Source: Candidatus Limnocylindria bacterium
GTDB lineage: Bacteria; Chloroflexota; Limnocylindria; P2-11E
Assembly: GCA_041493915.1 (NCBI GenBank)
Contig: JBGPZT010000002.1
Span: 1 to 61,486, forward strand
Direction: 5' to 3'
DNA: 61,486 nt
Shown: positions 25,532-34,320 of the stretch, one piece after another
Layout: each line of letters begins with the position of its first letter
Numbering within the stretch: the stretch's first letter is position 1
The notes under the pieces: generated by a model
Seen by the model: only the letters and a program-made list of their open reading frames with translations
The model's database searches: none
Told to the model about the DNA's origin: nothing
Position numbers and translations under genes: made by a program

Positions 25532-25984
25532 ATGGAATACCAGCTCGCAACGTTTCTTCACGTTCTGCTCGCGATCATCGCGGTCGGGTTCAACGCCTCG
25601 TACGGGATCTGGCTCGCGCGCGCCGCGAAAGCGCCGCAGGCGACGCAGAGCCACGTGCTGCGCACGATCAAGATCCTCGACGACCGGTTCGCGAATCCCG
25701 CGTACGGCCTCCTCCTGATCACCGGCCTGTTCATGGTCGTGAACGCCGGCATCCCATTCAGCCGGCTGTGGATCGCGGGCGCCATCGGTCTCTGGCTTGT
25801 GCTCGTGTTCGTCGGCCTCGGCGTGTATACGCCGACGCTTCGCGATCAGATCCGCGTGCTGGAGAGCGAAGGGCCGGGGAGCGAGGAATACCAGCGTCTC
25901 GCGGCGCGTGGCCGCAGCGTGGGCATCGTCCTGGCGATCATCGTGGTGGTCATCGTCTTCCTCATGGTCACGAAGCCCGCCTAG
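25532..25984 (+). CDS. Four-TM membrane protein (DUF2269-like)
   Basis: 150 aa with four hydrophobic helices. The family call is tentative. Confidence 0.5.
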   Translation: MEYQLATFLHVLLAIIAVGFNASYGIWLARAAKAPQATQSHVLRTIKILDDRFANPAYGLLLITGLFMVVNAGIPFSRLWIAGAIGLWLVLVFVGLGVYTPTLRDQIRVLESEGPGSEEYQRLAARGRSVGIVLAIIVVVIVFLMVTKPA

Positions 25985-26486
25985 CGGCGAGCCGGTCGCG
26001 CAGCGCCTCGGCCCACTCGGCGTACGCCGCCGCCGACGGGTGCAGTCCATCGGCCGCGAGCATCCCGCGGCGCATCTGGTCGCGCATCAGCGGGAAGATG
26101 TCCACGTATCCGGTGCCGGCGCGCTCCACTTCCTCGCGCGCGATGCTGTTGAAGCGCTCGATGCGCGCGGCGATCGTCGCGGGCGCTCCGAACGACGCGC
26201 CGGCTCGCGATAGCGACCAATCCGGCTGCGGCAGCGCGTACACGACCGCGGCGGGTGCGTCGGCGCGCAGGCGCGCGTGCACCGTGCGCAGCTGCGCGCG
26301 ATAGCGGTCGTCCGACGATCCGGCGACGATGTCGTTGGCACCGATGAGTACCGTCACAAGCGTCGGCCGGAGGAGTGCGGCCTGCGGCAGCTCTTCCGCG
26401 ATGAGGTCGTCGGTGCGGTAACCGTTCACCGCGGGGTTCCTGAGGACGACCGCGCGTCCGCGGTCGGCCCAGAGGCGCGTCAGCAC
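25968..26486 (-). CDS. SGNH/GDSL-family hydrolase (true 5' end probably near 26570)
   Basis: Block III is GANDIV and block V is DGLHPS. Catalytic block I (LALGDSFTIGTG, GDS at 26532-26540) lies in frame upstream of the first canonical start. Confidence 0.7.
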   Translation of the reverse strand: MLTRLWADRGRAVVLRNPAVNGYRTDDLIAEELPQAALLRPTLVTVLIGANDIVAGSSDDRYRAQLRTVHARLRADAPAAVVYALPQPDWSLSRAGASFGAPATIAARIERFNSIAREEVERAGTGYVDIFPLMRDQMRRGMLAADGLHPSAAAYAEWAEALRDRLAARRAS

Positions 26487-26628
26487 CGCCGGGAACGAAC
26501 GATCCGGCGTGGTCCCCGTTCCGATCGTGAAGGAGTCACCGAGGGCAAGCCAGCGCTCTGTCTGCGGAATGCCGATGGAATGCTCCGCTGTTCTAGTCTG
26601 TGGAAGCTCTTTCCAGAAAGGACCGCTC

Positions 26629-27954
26629 TTGGCCGACTACGACCTCGTCATCATCGGCGGTGGCCCCGCCGGGCTGACCGCCGGACTCTACGCCGCGCGC
26701 GCGAACATGAACGCCGTCCTGCTCGAGGGCAAGGACACCGGCGGCGAGATCCTGAACACCGAGCTCATCGAGGACTACCCGGGGTTCGAGTCCGTGACCG
26801 GGGCCGAGCTCGCCCAGAAGATGGCGGATCATGCGCGCAAATTCGGTCTCAAGATCGAGACCTACGCGCCGGTCAAGCAGATCCGCGTCGAGGGCGATCG
26901 AAAGATCGTCGAGCTCGAGGATGGCACCACGCACCGTGCGTATGCCGTGATCGTCACGGTCGGCGGCGAGCCGACCAAGCTCGGCGTTCCCGGAGAGACG
27001 GAGTATCACGGCCGCGGTGTCTCGTACTGCGCCGTCTGCGACGGCGCGTTCTTCAAAGGCAGCGACCTCGCGGTCATCGGCGGGGGTGATAGCGCATTTC
27101 AGGAGGGTCTCTTCCTCACACGCTTCGCGAAGAAGCTGCACCTGGTGCATCGCCGGAGCGATTTCCGCGCGCAGGCCATCCTGCAGGACCGCCTGCTCGC
27201 GAAGGACATGGTCCACACCGTGACGCCCGCGACGGTCACGGAGATCGGCGGCGACGGCACGGCCGTGAAGTGGATGGACGTCGCGCGTGCCGGAAAGGTC
27301 GAGCGCATACCGGTCGAGGGCGTTTTCGTTTTCGTCGGCTTCAAGCCGGTGGGCCGGCAGCTGTTCGCTGATCACATCGATCACGACGAGAACGGCTACC
27401 TCATCACCGATCAGTTCATGCAGACGAGCATCCCGGGCGTCTACGCCGCGGGGGATACGCGCGCTCAGCTCGCGAAGCAGATCACCACAGCGGTCGGCGA
27501 TGCGACGACGGCCGTGCTCCATGCCGAGCGGTACATCGAGGAGCTGAAGCACACGGAGCGCGCCTTCCCGCAGGCTCCGCGCGAGGTCGTGGCCCAGACC
27601 GCGACTCGGATGCGGATCCTCACCTTCCCGCCTGGCGCGGTCGTCATCCGCGAAGGCGAGCGATCCGATCGCTTCTTCGTCATCGCGAAGGGCGAGGCGG
27701 TCGTGGTCCAGCGCGACGGGAGCGGCGCGGAGCGCACGCTCAACACGCTGCGCGCCGGCGACTACTTCGGCGAGGTCGGCATCCTCAGCGGAGACACGCG
27801 GAACGCGACGGTCCGGGCGAAGACGTCGCTTGAGATCCTGGTGCTCGACCAGGATGCCTTCCGAACGCTCGTGGCCAGCTCGCAGGCGACCAGCGATGAG
27901 ATCGCGCGTGTCGCGAAGTCGCGCGGCCGCGTCGAGAACGGGGCCGCGGACTAA
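26629..27954 (+). CDS. trxB: Thioredoxin-disulfide reductase fused to a C-terminal cyclic-nucleotide-binding (CAP-effector) domain
   Basis: Has YDLVIIGGGPAGLTAG (FAD), the CAVCDG redox pair and VIGGGDSAFQEG (NADPH). These are followed by RILTFPPGAVVIREGE...FGEVGILSGDTRNATVRA (cNMP-binding). The TTG start at 26629 gives a normal TrxB N-terminus. Confidence 0.85.
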   Translation: MADYDLVIIGGGPAGLTAGLYAARANMNAVLLEGKDTGGEILNTELIEDYPGFESVTGAELAQKMADHARKFGLKIETYAPVKQIRVEGDRKIVELEDGTTHRAYAVIVTVGGEPTKLGVPGETEYHGRGVSYCAVCDGAFFKGSDLAVIGGGDSAFQEGLFLTRFAKKLHLVHRRSDFRAQAILQDRLLAKDMVHTVTPATVTEIGGDGTAVKWMDVARAGKVERIPVEGVFVFVGFKPVGRQLFADHIDHDENGYLITDQFMQTSIPGVYAAGDTRAQLAKQITTAVGDATTAVLHAERYIEELKHTERAFPQAPREVVAQTATRMRILTFPPGAVVIREGERSDRFFVIAKGEAVVVQRDGSGAERTLNTLRAGDYFGEVGILSGDTRNATVRAKTSLEILVLDQDAFRTLVASSQATSDEIARVAKSRGRVENGAAD

Positions 27955-28367
27955 GCCGCGATCGGCGGAGCCAGCTCCTTCACGTTGGCGATGAGCTCGT
28001 CAAGGTCGAAGGGCTTCTGCAGCACCTTGCTAATCCCGCGCTTGCGGAACTCGGCCCCATGCTCTCTTGACACCGCCGTCTCGAAGATGACCGGCACGCT
28101 TCGCAGGTGCTCGTCCAGGTGCAGGCGGTCGTAGAGCTCCAGGCCGCTCATCCCGGGCAGGCCGACGTCGAGCACGAGCAGGTCCGGCTTGATCCGCTCC
28201 ATCGCGTGCAGTGCCTCCGTCGGCCGAGTCACGTGGATCGCGCGGTAGCCCTCTTCGTCGTTGATGACGCCGGCAAGCAGCTCCCCGATCGGCCTGTCGT
28301 CCTCGACGACGAGGACGATCCGTGTGCGTGCGCCACTACGGGTGACCATGCCTCCTTGGCTGCGCAT
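27951..28367 (-). CDS. Stand-alone CheY-like response regulator receiver
   Basis: Has IVLVVEDD, LLVLDVGLPGMSG and QKPFDLDEL. Confidence 0.85.
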   Translation of the reverse strand: MRSQGGMVTRSGARTRIVLVVEDDRPIGELLAGVINDEEGYRAIHVTRPTEALHAMERIKPDLLVLDVGLPGMSGLELYDRLHLDEHLRSVPVIFETAVSREHGAEFRKRGISKVLQKPFDLDELIANVKELAPPIAA

Positions 28368-28491
28368 GGCATGCCACGCCGCGGCATCGTTACGCCGGTC
28401 GTGCGCGTTTACTGCAACGGTCGCGTATCGGACGTCGAACGCGGCGCCGTCGCTGCGCGTCCAAGCGAGCGATGAGCCGGCCGTTCTCCGA

Positions 28492-28884
28492 TCAGCGGTC
28501 TTTGTGTGTGCGCTTTGCGTGCGGGGGCAGGTATTGGTCGATCACCGCGCGGAGCTGCTCCGGGTAATACGGCTTGGCGAGGAATCCATCGCAGCCCGCG
28601 GCGAGTGCGCGTTCGCGATCGGGCGGCGTCGCCGACGCGGAGACGGCGACGATGCGCATGTCCTTGCCCCACGTCTCTCTGCGGACCGCGCGTGCGAATG
28701 CGTAGCCGTCGAGCCGTGGAATGTGCAGGTCGAGCAGGATCAGCTCCGGGTGAGTCGCCTGCGCGACCGCGAACGCGGTCTCGCCGTCCATCGTCGTGAT
28801 GGGTTCATGCCGCGCGAGCCGCACGATGCGGAGCGCGAGGTCCATGCTGGCGGCGTCGTCTTCGACGATGAGGATGCGCGCCAT
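28492..28884 (-). CDS. Stand-alone CheY-like response regulator receiver
   Basis: Has MARILIVEDD, LILLDLHIPRLDG, VAVSASA and AKPY. Its start overlaps the NYN gene stop by 1 nt. Confidence 0.85.
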   Translation of the reverse strand: MARILIVEDDAASMDLALRIVRLARHEPITTMDGETAFAVAQATHPELILLDLHIPRLDGYAFARAVRRETWGKDMRIVAVSASATPPDRERALAAGCDGFLAKPYYPEQLRAVIDQYLPPHAKRTHKDR

Positions 28885-30671
28885 CAGTCCGCGGCTTCCG
28901 TTCCCGTTCCCGCCGCGGTCGTCCTCTTGCGCCCGCGTCCACCGCGCCCGCGTCCTCCGCGCGATCCGCGCCGTGTGCGTTTGCGTGGTTCCGCCGGCGT
29001 GTCGGCGGTCGCCGCGGTCGCCGTCGTCACAGGTGTCTCGGCCTGGTCCTCCGCCTCCGGCTCAGGCGCGGTCGCGGCTGCGACACGCTCGAGGGCGTCG
29101 CCATTCAGGCCGCCGAACTCGCCCAGGATCGTGCGGACCTCGAGATGGTCGCGCATGACCACGAAGCCGGCCTTCTTCCCGTGGTCCTCGGGCTTCATGA
29201 CCCCGCGCTCCACGGCGCTGCGGATGTTCGACTCGAGTGCGTCGCCCTCGACGCGCGAGAGCAGCTCCGCGAACAGCGCCGCGTTCACCCAGTCGGCGCG
29301 GTCACCGTGCGCGCGTGTCGTGCTGACGAAGTTGAACAGATGCGCGATCGCCGCTGCGGGCTGGCGGGCGTAGACGACGAGCGGGTGGTCGTCGACGAGC
29401 CAGCACATCGTGATCTCGCGGCCGTCGCGCTGGACCGACTCGCTCTGGATGGCGCCGCGCTCCTCGGCGATGTTGAACAGCGTCTCGAGAAGAACGCGCC
29501 GCTGTGACCGGCCACGCGCGATGCCGCCGGGCTGGTCCGCGCGGGAGAGAGGGTCGAGCACGGCCTCGACGACCGGTACGCGCTTGGTGTCCTTGGTGAC
29601 CGTGTTGATGCGACGGAGCAGGCGCACGAAATGGAAGTACGTCTCGGCCACGAGCGGGGAGCTGAGGTTCGGCGCGAGGAGCTGTTTGGCCTTCGCGCGG
29701 ACGCGGCCTTCGAACTTCCCCTCGATGTGGCGCTGCTCGATCGCGGCGTCGATCCGCTGTTCGAGGACGCTGGACGCCTCCGTCTCGGAGAGCGGCACGA
29801 CGGAGCGGACGAAGTCGCCGCGCGCCATCGACGACGCGCGCGTCGCGACGAGCTGGTCGAGCAGCAGGAGGGCGAGCCGGCGCTGCTCCTTCTCTGACTC
29901 CGGCGTTCCGGTCGGCACGACGGCCGGCACGACCGGTGGCGTCGCGCGTGCGCCGCCGCCGCGTCCGCGTCCGGCACCGCTGCGACGAGCGCGCGTCCGT
30001 GAGGCCGCGGGCTCTTCGGGGCGCCGCTCTTCTTTGCCGTGCTGCGTGTCGTCGATGCGCAGGCCGCCGCGTGTCCATCGCGCTTCCGGGATGAGATCCT
30101 CGAGCAGGAAGACGTCGTCCCGCAGATGTGGCGACTCGCGGAGCTCGTTGGCGAGCGAGAGATCGCCTGCGACGAGATAGACCTTCTTGTCCTCGTCCTT
30201 GAGGGCCTTGCACAGTGCGTTCAGGTCTCGGTCGCCCGAGACGATGAACCACACCTCGACCTCCGGTCGATCCTTGTACAGGAGCTTCATCGCGCGGGTG
30301 ATGAGGACAGCGTCGGACCGGCCTTTGAGCAGCCGGCCGCTCATGCGCTGCGCCACGGGGATCGGCTCGATGCCGGTGAATTCGAGCGCCATGAGCAGCG
30401 TCTCGTCCTGCATCGCGACCTCCTGTCCGAAGATCGCGAGCTTCACGCGCACAGGGCCGAATTCGGCGGCCTTCTTGAGGATGGCCTGCAGGATCGCGAG
30501 GGATGACGGCAGCGGTCCGGTGGTGTGCTGCCGTAGCGTGTAGTAGACGTTCTCCCAGTCAATGAGGAGAGCGACGTCGGGCAAAGAGATTCTCCTATGG
30601 AGCGCACACGCCGCCCGACCCGTTCGCGGACCCCTGTCGGAGTCACGCGCTTGATGCTCACCCTCGTCCAA
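28884..30671 (-). CDS. NYN (LabA/PIN-like) domain protein with two Arg/Gly-rich segments
   Basis: The N-terminal VALLIDWENVYY ... WFIVSGDRDLNAL is NYN-like. There is an internal RARRSGAGRGRGGGAR and a C-terminal RRGSRGGRGRGGRGRKR. Confidence 0.65.
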   Translation of the reverse strand: MDEGEHQARDSDRGPRTGRAACALHRRISLPDVALLIDWENVYYTLRQHTTGPLPSSLAILQAILKKAAEFGPVRVKLAIFGQEVAMQDETLLMALEFTGIEPIPVAQRMSGRLLKGRSDAVLITRAMKLLYKDRPEVEVWFIVSGDRDLNALCKALKDEDKKVYLVAGDLSLANELRESPHLRDDVFLLEDLIPEARWTRGGLRIDDTQHGKEERRPEEPAASRTRARRSGAGRGRGGGARATPPVVPAVVPTGTPESEKEQRRLALLLLDQLVATRASSMARGDFVRSVVPLSETEASSVLEQRIDAAIEQRHIEGKFEGRVRAKAKQLLAPNLSSPLVAETYFHFVRLLRRINTVTKDTKRVPVVEAVLDPLSRADQPGGIARGRSQRRVLLETLFNIAEERGAIQSESVQRDGREITMCWLVDDHPLVVYARQPAAAIAHLFNFVSTTRAHGDRADWVNAALFAELLSRVEGDALESNIRSAVERGVMKPEDHGKKAGFVVMRDHLEVRTILGEFGGLNGDALERVAAATAPEPEAEDQAETPVTTATAATADTPAEPRKRTRRGSRGGRGRGGRGRKRTTAAGTGTEAAD

Positions 30672-30822
30672 ACGCTCTTTGGCTCACGTGATTCGTGACG
30701 CCGAAGCGCGGTCGGTACGCGAGCGCGTCCATCACGAACGCATTGGTCGTCGCGCGCGCCGTTTTGTTCTGCTGCCAGTGTACCGACGGACTCCACACGT
30801 GTCACTCACTTAGTCTTCCGAC

Positions 30823-32259
30823 GTGCCCGAGCGCGACGCCCAGCTGGCGGACCTCGTCGATCTCGGCGCGCGACGGGGCGCGGCCTACGCTGACGCTCGC
30901 CGCGTCGAGCGCGAGTTCGAAGCGGTGTCGGTCCGGGACGGCGAGGTGGAGTCGGTCACGCGCTCGAGCGATCGCGGCATCGGTTTCCGTGTGATCCACA
31001 GGGGCGCCTGGGGCTTCGCCGCGACCGACCGCCGTGGCGAGACCTCGCTGCGCACCGTCGTGGACGAGGCCTTCGCGCGCGCCGAGGCCGCGGCGAGCAC
31101 ACGCACGGCGCCCGTCGCGCTCGCGGCGGTCGCGCCACAACGCGGCGAATACCGGACGACGCTCGAGCGCGATCCATTCGCGGTCCCGGTCCCGGAGCGC
31201 ATCGCGCTACTGCGCGCCGCGGACGCGAACCTCAAGGGTCCGCACGCGGTGTCGCGCCGTGGGAGCGTCGCCGCATACCGCACGCGCAAGCATCTCGTCA
31301 CGAGCGAGGGAACCGACGTGCAGCAGGAGATCGTCGAGTCCGGCGCGGGCGTGAGCGTCACCGCGGTCAAGGCCGGCGCGAAGCCCGCCCAGCGGTATGA
31401 CGGTCGCCTCACACGCCAAGCCGGCTGGGAGTTCATCGAGTATCTCGACCTCGCCCGGCGCGCGGCGCGCTATCGCGACGATGTCGAGGCCATGCTCGAC
31501 GCGCCGCTCGCGGCGGAGCGGCCGACGACGCTCGTCTTCACGCCCGAGTTCCTCGCGCTGCTCGTACACGAGTCGTGCGGCCACCCGACCGAGGCCGACC
31601 GCGTGCTCGAGTACGAGGTCGCGTTCGCGGGCACGACGTTCATGTGGCCGAAGGACCGCGGAACGCTCCGCTACGGCTCCGAACACGTGTCGATGACAGC
31701 CGACGCGACGGTCCCCGGCGGCATGGGAACATTCGGGTGGGACGACGACGGCGTACCGGCGATGCGGACCAAGCTCATCGACCGCGGGACGTTCGTGGGT
31801 TACCTGACGTCGCGGGAAACGGCGGCCGCGCTCGGGGTGCCGGTCGCGATCGGCTCCGCGCGCGCCGAGGGCTGGCAGCACTTCCCGATCGTGCGGATGG
31901 TGAACGTGAGCCTTGATCCGGGAGCGCAGAGCTACGACGCGCTGCTCCAGGGCGTCGATGACGGCCTGCTCCTCGAGGCACCGGCGTCGTACTCGCTGGA
32001 CGACAAGCGGCAGAACTTCCACTTCTCGACGCAGTCGGCGCGCGTGATCCGCCGCGGCGCGCTGGAGGGCTACGCCCGGGGCGTGTCCTTCCAGTCGCTC
32101 ACGCCCGCGTTCTGGGGCCGCTGCGACGGCGTCGCCGACGACTGGGAGCTGCACGGCTTCCTTTCGTGCGCGAAAGGCGAGCCGCTGCAGCTCATGCGCG
32201 TCGGGCACGGCGCGGCGCACGCGCGCTTTCGCGACGTGCCGATCGAGGTGCGCGCGTGA
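30823..32259 (+). CDS. tldD: TldD-family metalloprotease
   Basis: Has the HESCGHPTEADR (HExxxH) motif. 478 aa, paired with a PmbA-like gene. Confidence 0.9.
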   Translation: MPERDAQLADLVDLGARRGAAYADARRVEREFEAVSVRDGEVESVTRSSDRGIGFRVIHRGAWGFAATDRRGETSLRTVVDEAFARAEAAASTRTAPVALAAVAPQRGEYRTTLERDPFAVPVPERIALLRAADANLKGPHAVSRRGSVAAYRTRKHLVTSEGTDVQQEIVESGAGVSVTAVKAGAKPAQRYDGRLTRQAGWEFIEYLDLARRAARYRDDVEAMLDAPLAAERPTTLVFTPEFLALLVHESCGHPTEADRVLEYEVAFAGTTFMWPKDRGTLRYGSEHVSMTADATVPGGMGTFGWDDDGVPAMRTKLIDRGTFVGYLTSRETAAALGVPVAIGSARAEGWQHFPIVRMVNVSLDPGAQSYDALLQGVDDGLLLEAPASYSLDDKRQNFHFSTQSARVIRRGALEGYARGVSFQSLTPAFWGRCDGVADDWELHGFLSCAKGEPLQLMRVGHGAAHARFRDVPIEVRA

Positions 32260-33620
32260 CGGTACTTGGTCGCGACGCGATGCTCGCGCCGCTCCAGGAC
32301 GCGCTGCGTGACGCGAAGGCCGATGAGGCCGAGCTCTGGGTCCACCGCCGCCGCTCAGCGATCAGCAGATACGCGAAGAACGAGATCCACCAGAACGCGG
32401 TCGCGGACGAGACGCTCGTGCAGGCGCGGACCGTCGTAGGAAGCGCGGTCGGCATCGCGAACGCCAACTCGCTCGACCCCGCCGACCTCCGGCGATTGGT
32501 CGCGGATGCGTGTGCCGCGGCGCGTGAGAGTGCCCCCAATGCCGACTGGCCCGGCCTTGCGGAGCCGGCTCCCGCATCGGAGCCAAACGCGTACGACGCC
32601 GAGACGGCGCGCGCCGACGCGGCGAGCCAGGCCGACGCGATCAAACGCATCACCGCCGCGGTGAAGGTCCGCGGCTTCCGCGCCGCAGGCACGCATCAGA
32701 TCGAGCTGACCGAGGACGCGCTCGCGAATACGAAGGGCGCGTCGGCGTACGCGCCGAGCACGCTGGCGTATCTGCGCGCGCTGGTGACGAGCGACACCGG
32801 GACCGGATGGGCCGAGGATCTGGGCTGGAGCACGCGCTCGCTGGATCCCTCCGACGTCGCTGCGCGCGCCATCGAGAAGGCCGCCCTCGACCGCGACCGC
32901 ACGCAGCTCCCGCCGGGCGACTACGAAGCGGTGTTCGAGGAGCTCGCCGTTGCCGAGGTCCTGCGCTTCATGTCGCTCACCGGCTTGAGCGGGCAGACGC
33001 TGAAGGACGGCCGGTCGTTCATGGCCGGCAGGTTCGGCGAGCAGGTGACCGGTCCGCGTTTCTCACTGTGGGACGACGCGCTCGACGCGCGCACCCTCGC
33101 GGTCCCGTTCGATGTGGAGGGCACGCCGAAGCAGCGGGTCGCGCTCGTGGAGGGCGGAGTCGCGAAAGGGGTCGTGCATGACCGCCAGTCGGCGCGCTGG
33201 TTCGACACGCGCTCGACCGGGCACGCCGCGGATCCGCGCCGCTACAGCGTCGGCGGTCACGCCGGCAATCTCACGATGGCCGGCGGCGACGCGAAGCGCG
33301 AACAGCTCATCCGTGCGACGAGACGCGGCGTGCTCATCACGCGCTTCCATTACACGAACACACCGGACCCCAAGCGCGCGACGATGACCGGCACCACGCG
33401 CGACGGCACGTTCCTGATCGAGGACGGTCGCATCACTCGGGCCCTCGCGAACGTCCGCTACACCATGAGCGCGCTCGATCTCTTCTCCGGCATCGAGCTC
33501 ATGGGACCGCAGCGTCTCGCGCGGGACTGGTGGTCTTCAAACGGGATGGGCTCGATTGTCTGTCTCTGCCCGCCGATCAAGGTCGCGCGCGCCACGATCA
33601 CCGGATCGAGCCCGATCTAG
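32256..33620 (+). CDS. pmbA: PmbA/TldE-family protein
   Basis: The GTG at 32256 overlaps the tldD stop (GTGA). TldD/PmbA fold without the HExxxH motif. Confidence 0.85.
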   Translation: MTVLGRDAMLAPLQDALRDAKADEAELWVHRRRSAISRYAKNEIHQNAVADETLVQARTVVGSAVGIANANSLDPADLRRLVADACAAARESAPNADWPGLAEPAPASEPNAYDAETARADAASQADAIKRITAAVKVRGFRAAGTHQIELTEDALANTKGASAYAPSTLAYLRALVTSDTGTGWAEDLGWSTRSLDPSDVAARAIEKAALDRDRTQLPPGDYEAVFEELAVAEVLRFMSLTGLSGQTLKDGRSFMAGRFGEQVTGPRFSLWDDALDARTLAVPFDVEGTPKQRVALVEGGVAKGVVHDRQSARWFDTRSTGHAADPRRYSVGGHAGNLTMAGGDAKREQLIRATRRGVLITRFHYTNTPDPKRATMTGTTRDGTFLIEDGRITRALANVRYTMSALDLFSGIELMGPQRLARDWWSSNGMGSIVCLCPPIKVARATITGSSPI

Positions 33621-34186
33621 CGATCGACCTTTCCTGACGCGAGCGCCTGGAGGTAGCGCACGACCTCCCAACGCTGAGTGTCCGTGAGTCCGCTGAGGTG
33701 CGATCCGTCCGGCGCCCGCACTTCCTTCCACGCCGGCATGCCCGTGCCCGCGACGCCGTTGGTCATCCAGTAGTAGACCTCGCCCTGCGCGTGCTGCGGC
33801 ACGTGCAACTGCAGGTTCACTGGCCGGGGCTGCAGCAGGAAGGCCTGCGGGCCGTCACCGAGTGCGCGCGGTCCGTGACAGATCGCGCAGTTCGCCTGGA
33901 ACGTCGCGCGGCCCTTGTCGATCGTCTCTGACGTGTCGGGCGTCGGGTTCTGGGCGAAGCGCGCGGTGAACGGGACCGCCGGGGTGGGAATGTTCGGCGC
34001 GACGGTGAACGCGAGCGCGTACGACACGACGACGCTCGCGCCCAGTGCGCCGGCGCTGATCACGAACCGCCGCCACTCGCCGCCGCGATAGCGCGTCACG
34101 AGGGCGAGCAGCACGAAGACGACCGCGCCCGCGATGAGGAACTGCGCGATGTCCTGCAGACCCTGCCGTGAGATGGGGAAGGTCAC
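33617..34186 (-). CDS. Membrane-anchored c-type cytochrome
   Basis: Has two N-terminal TM segments, the heme site CAICHG and a distal GTGMPAW Met. Confidence 0.75.
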   Translation of the reverse strand: MTFPISRQGLQDIAQFLIAGAVVFVLLALVTRYRGGEWRRFVISAGALGASVVVSYALAFTVAPNIPTPAVPFTARFAQNPTPDTSETIDKGRATFQANCAICHGPRALGDGPQAFLLQPRPVNLQLHVPQHAQGEVYYWMTNGVAGTGMPAWKEVRAPDGSHLSGLTDTQRWEVVRYLQALASGKVDR

Positions 34187-34320
34187 TTGTGTTTCTCCTT
34201 CGGCTTACGGGAGGACCAGACGTACAGGGCGATGAGAATGACGAGCGGCAGTCCGAACTCGATGATCTCGTCGAGCCACGTGCCGGTCGCGCCGTGCGGC
34301 AGTACGGAAAGCAGCGTCAC
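34183..34320 (-). CDS. Small single-TM protein (45 aa, not in ORF track as such)
   Basis: The GTG at 34320 overlaps the copCD stop (GTGA), and its own stop overlaps the cytochrome c start (GTGA). TM: IIEFGLPLVILIALYVW. Confidence 0.35.
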   Translation of the reverse strand: MTLLSVLPHGATGTWLDEIIEFGLPLVILIALYVWSSRKPKEKHK

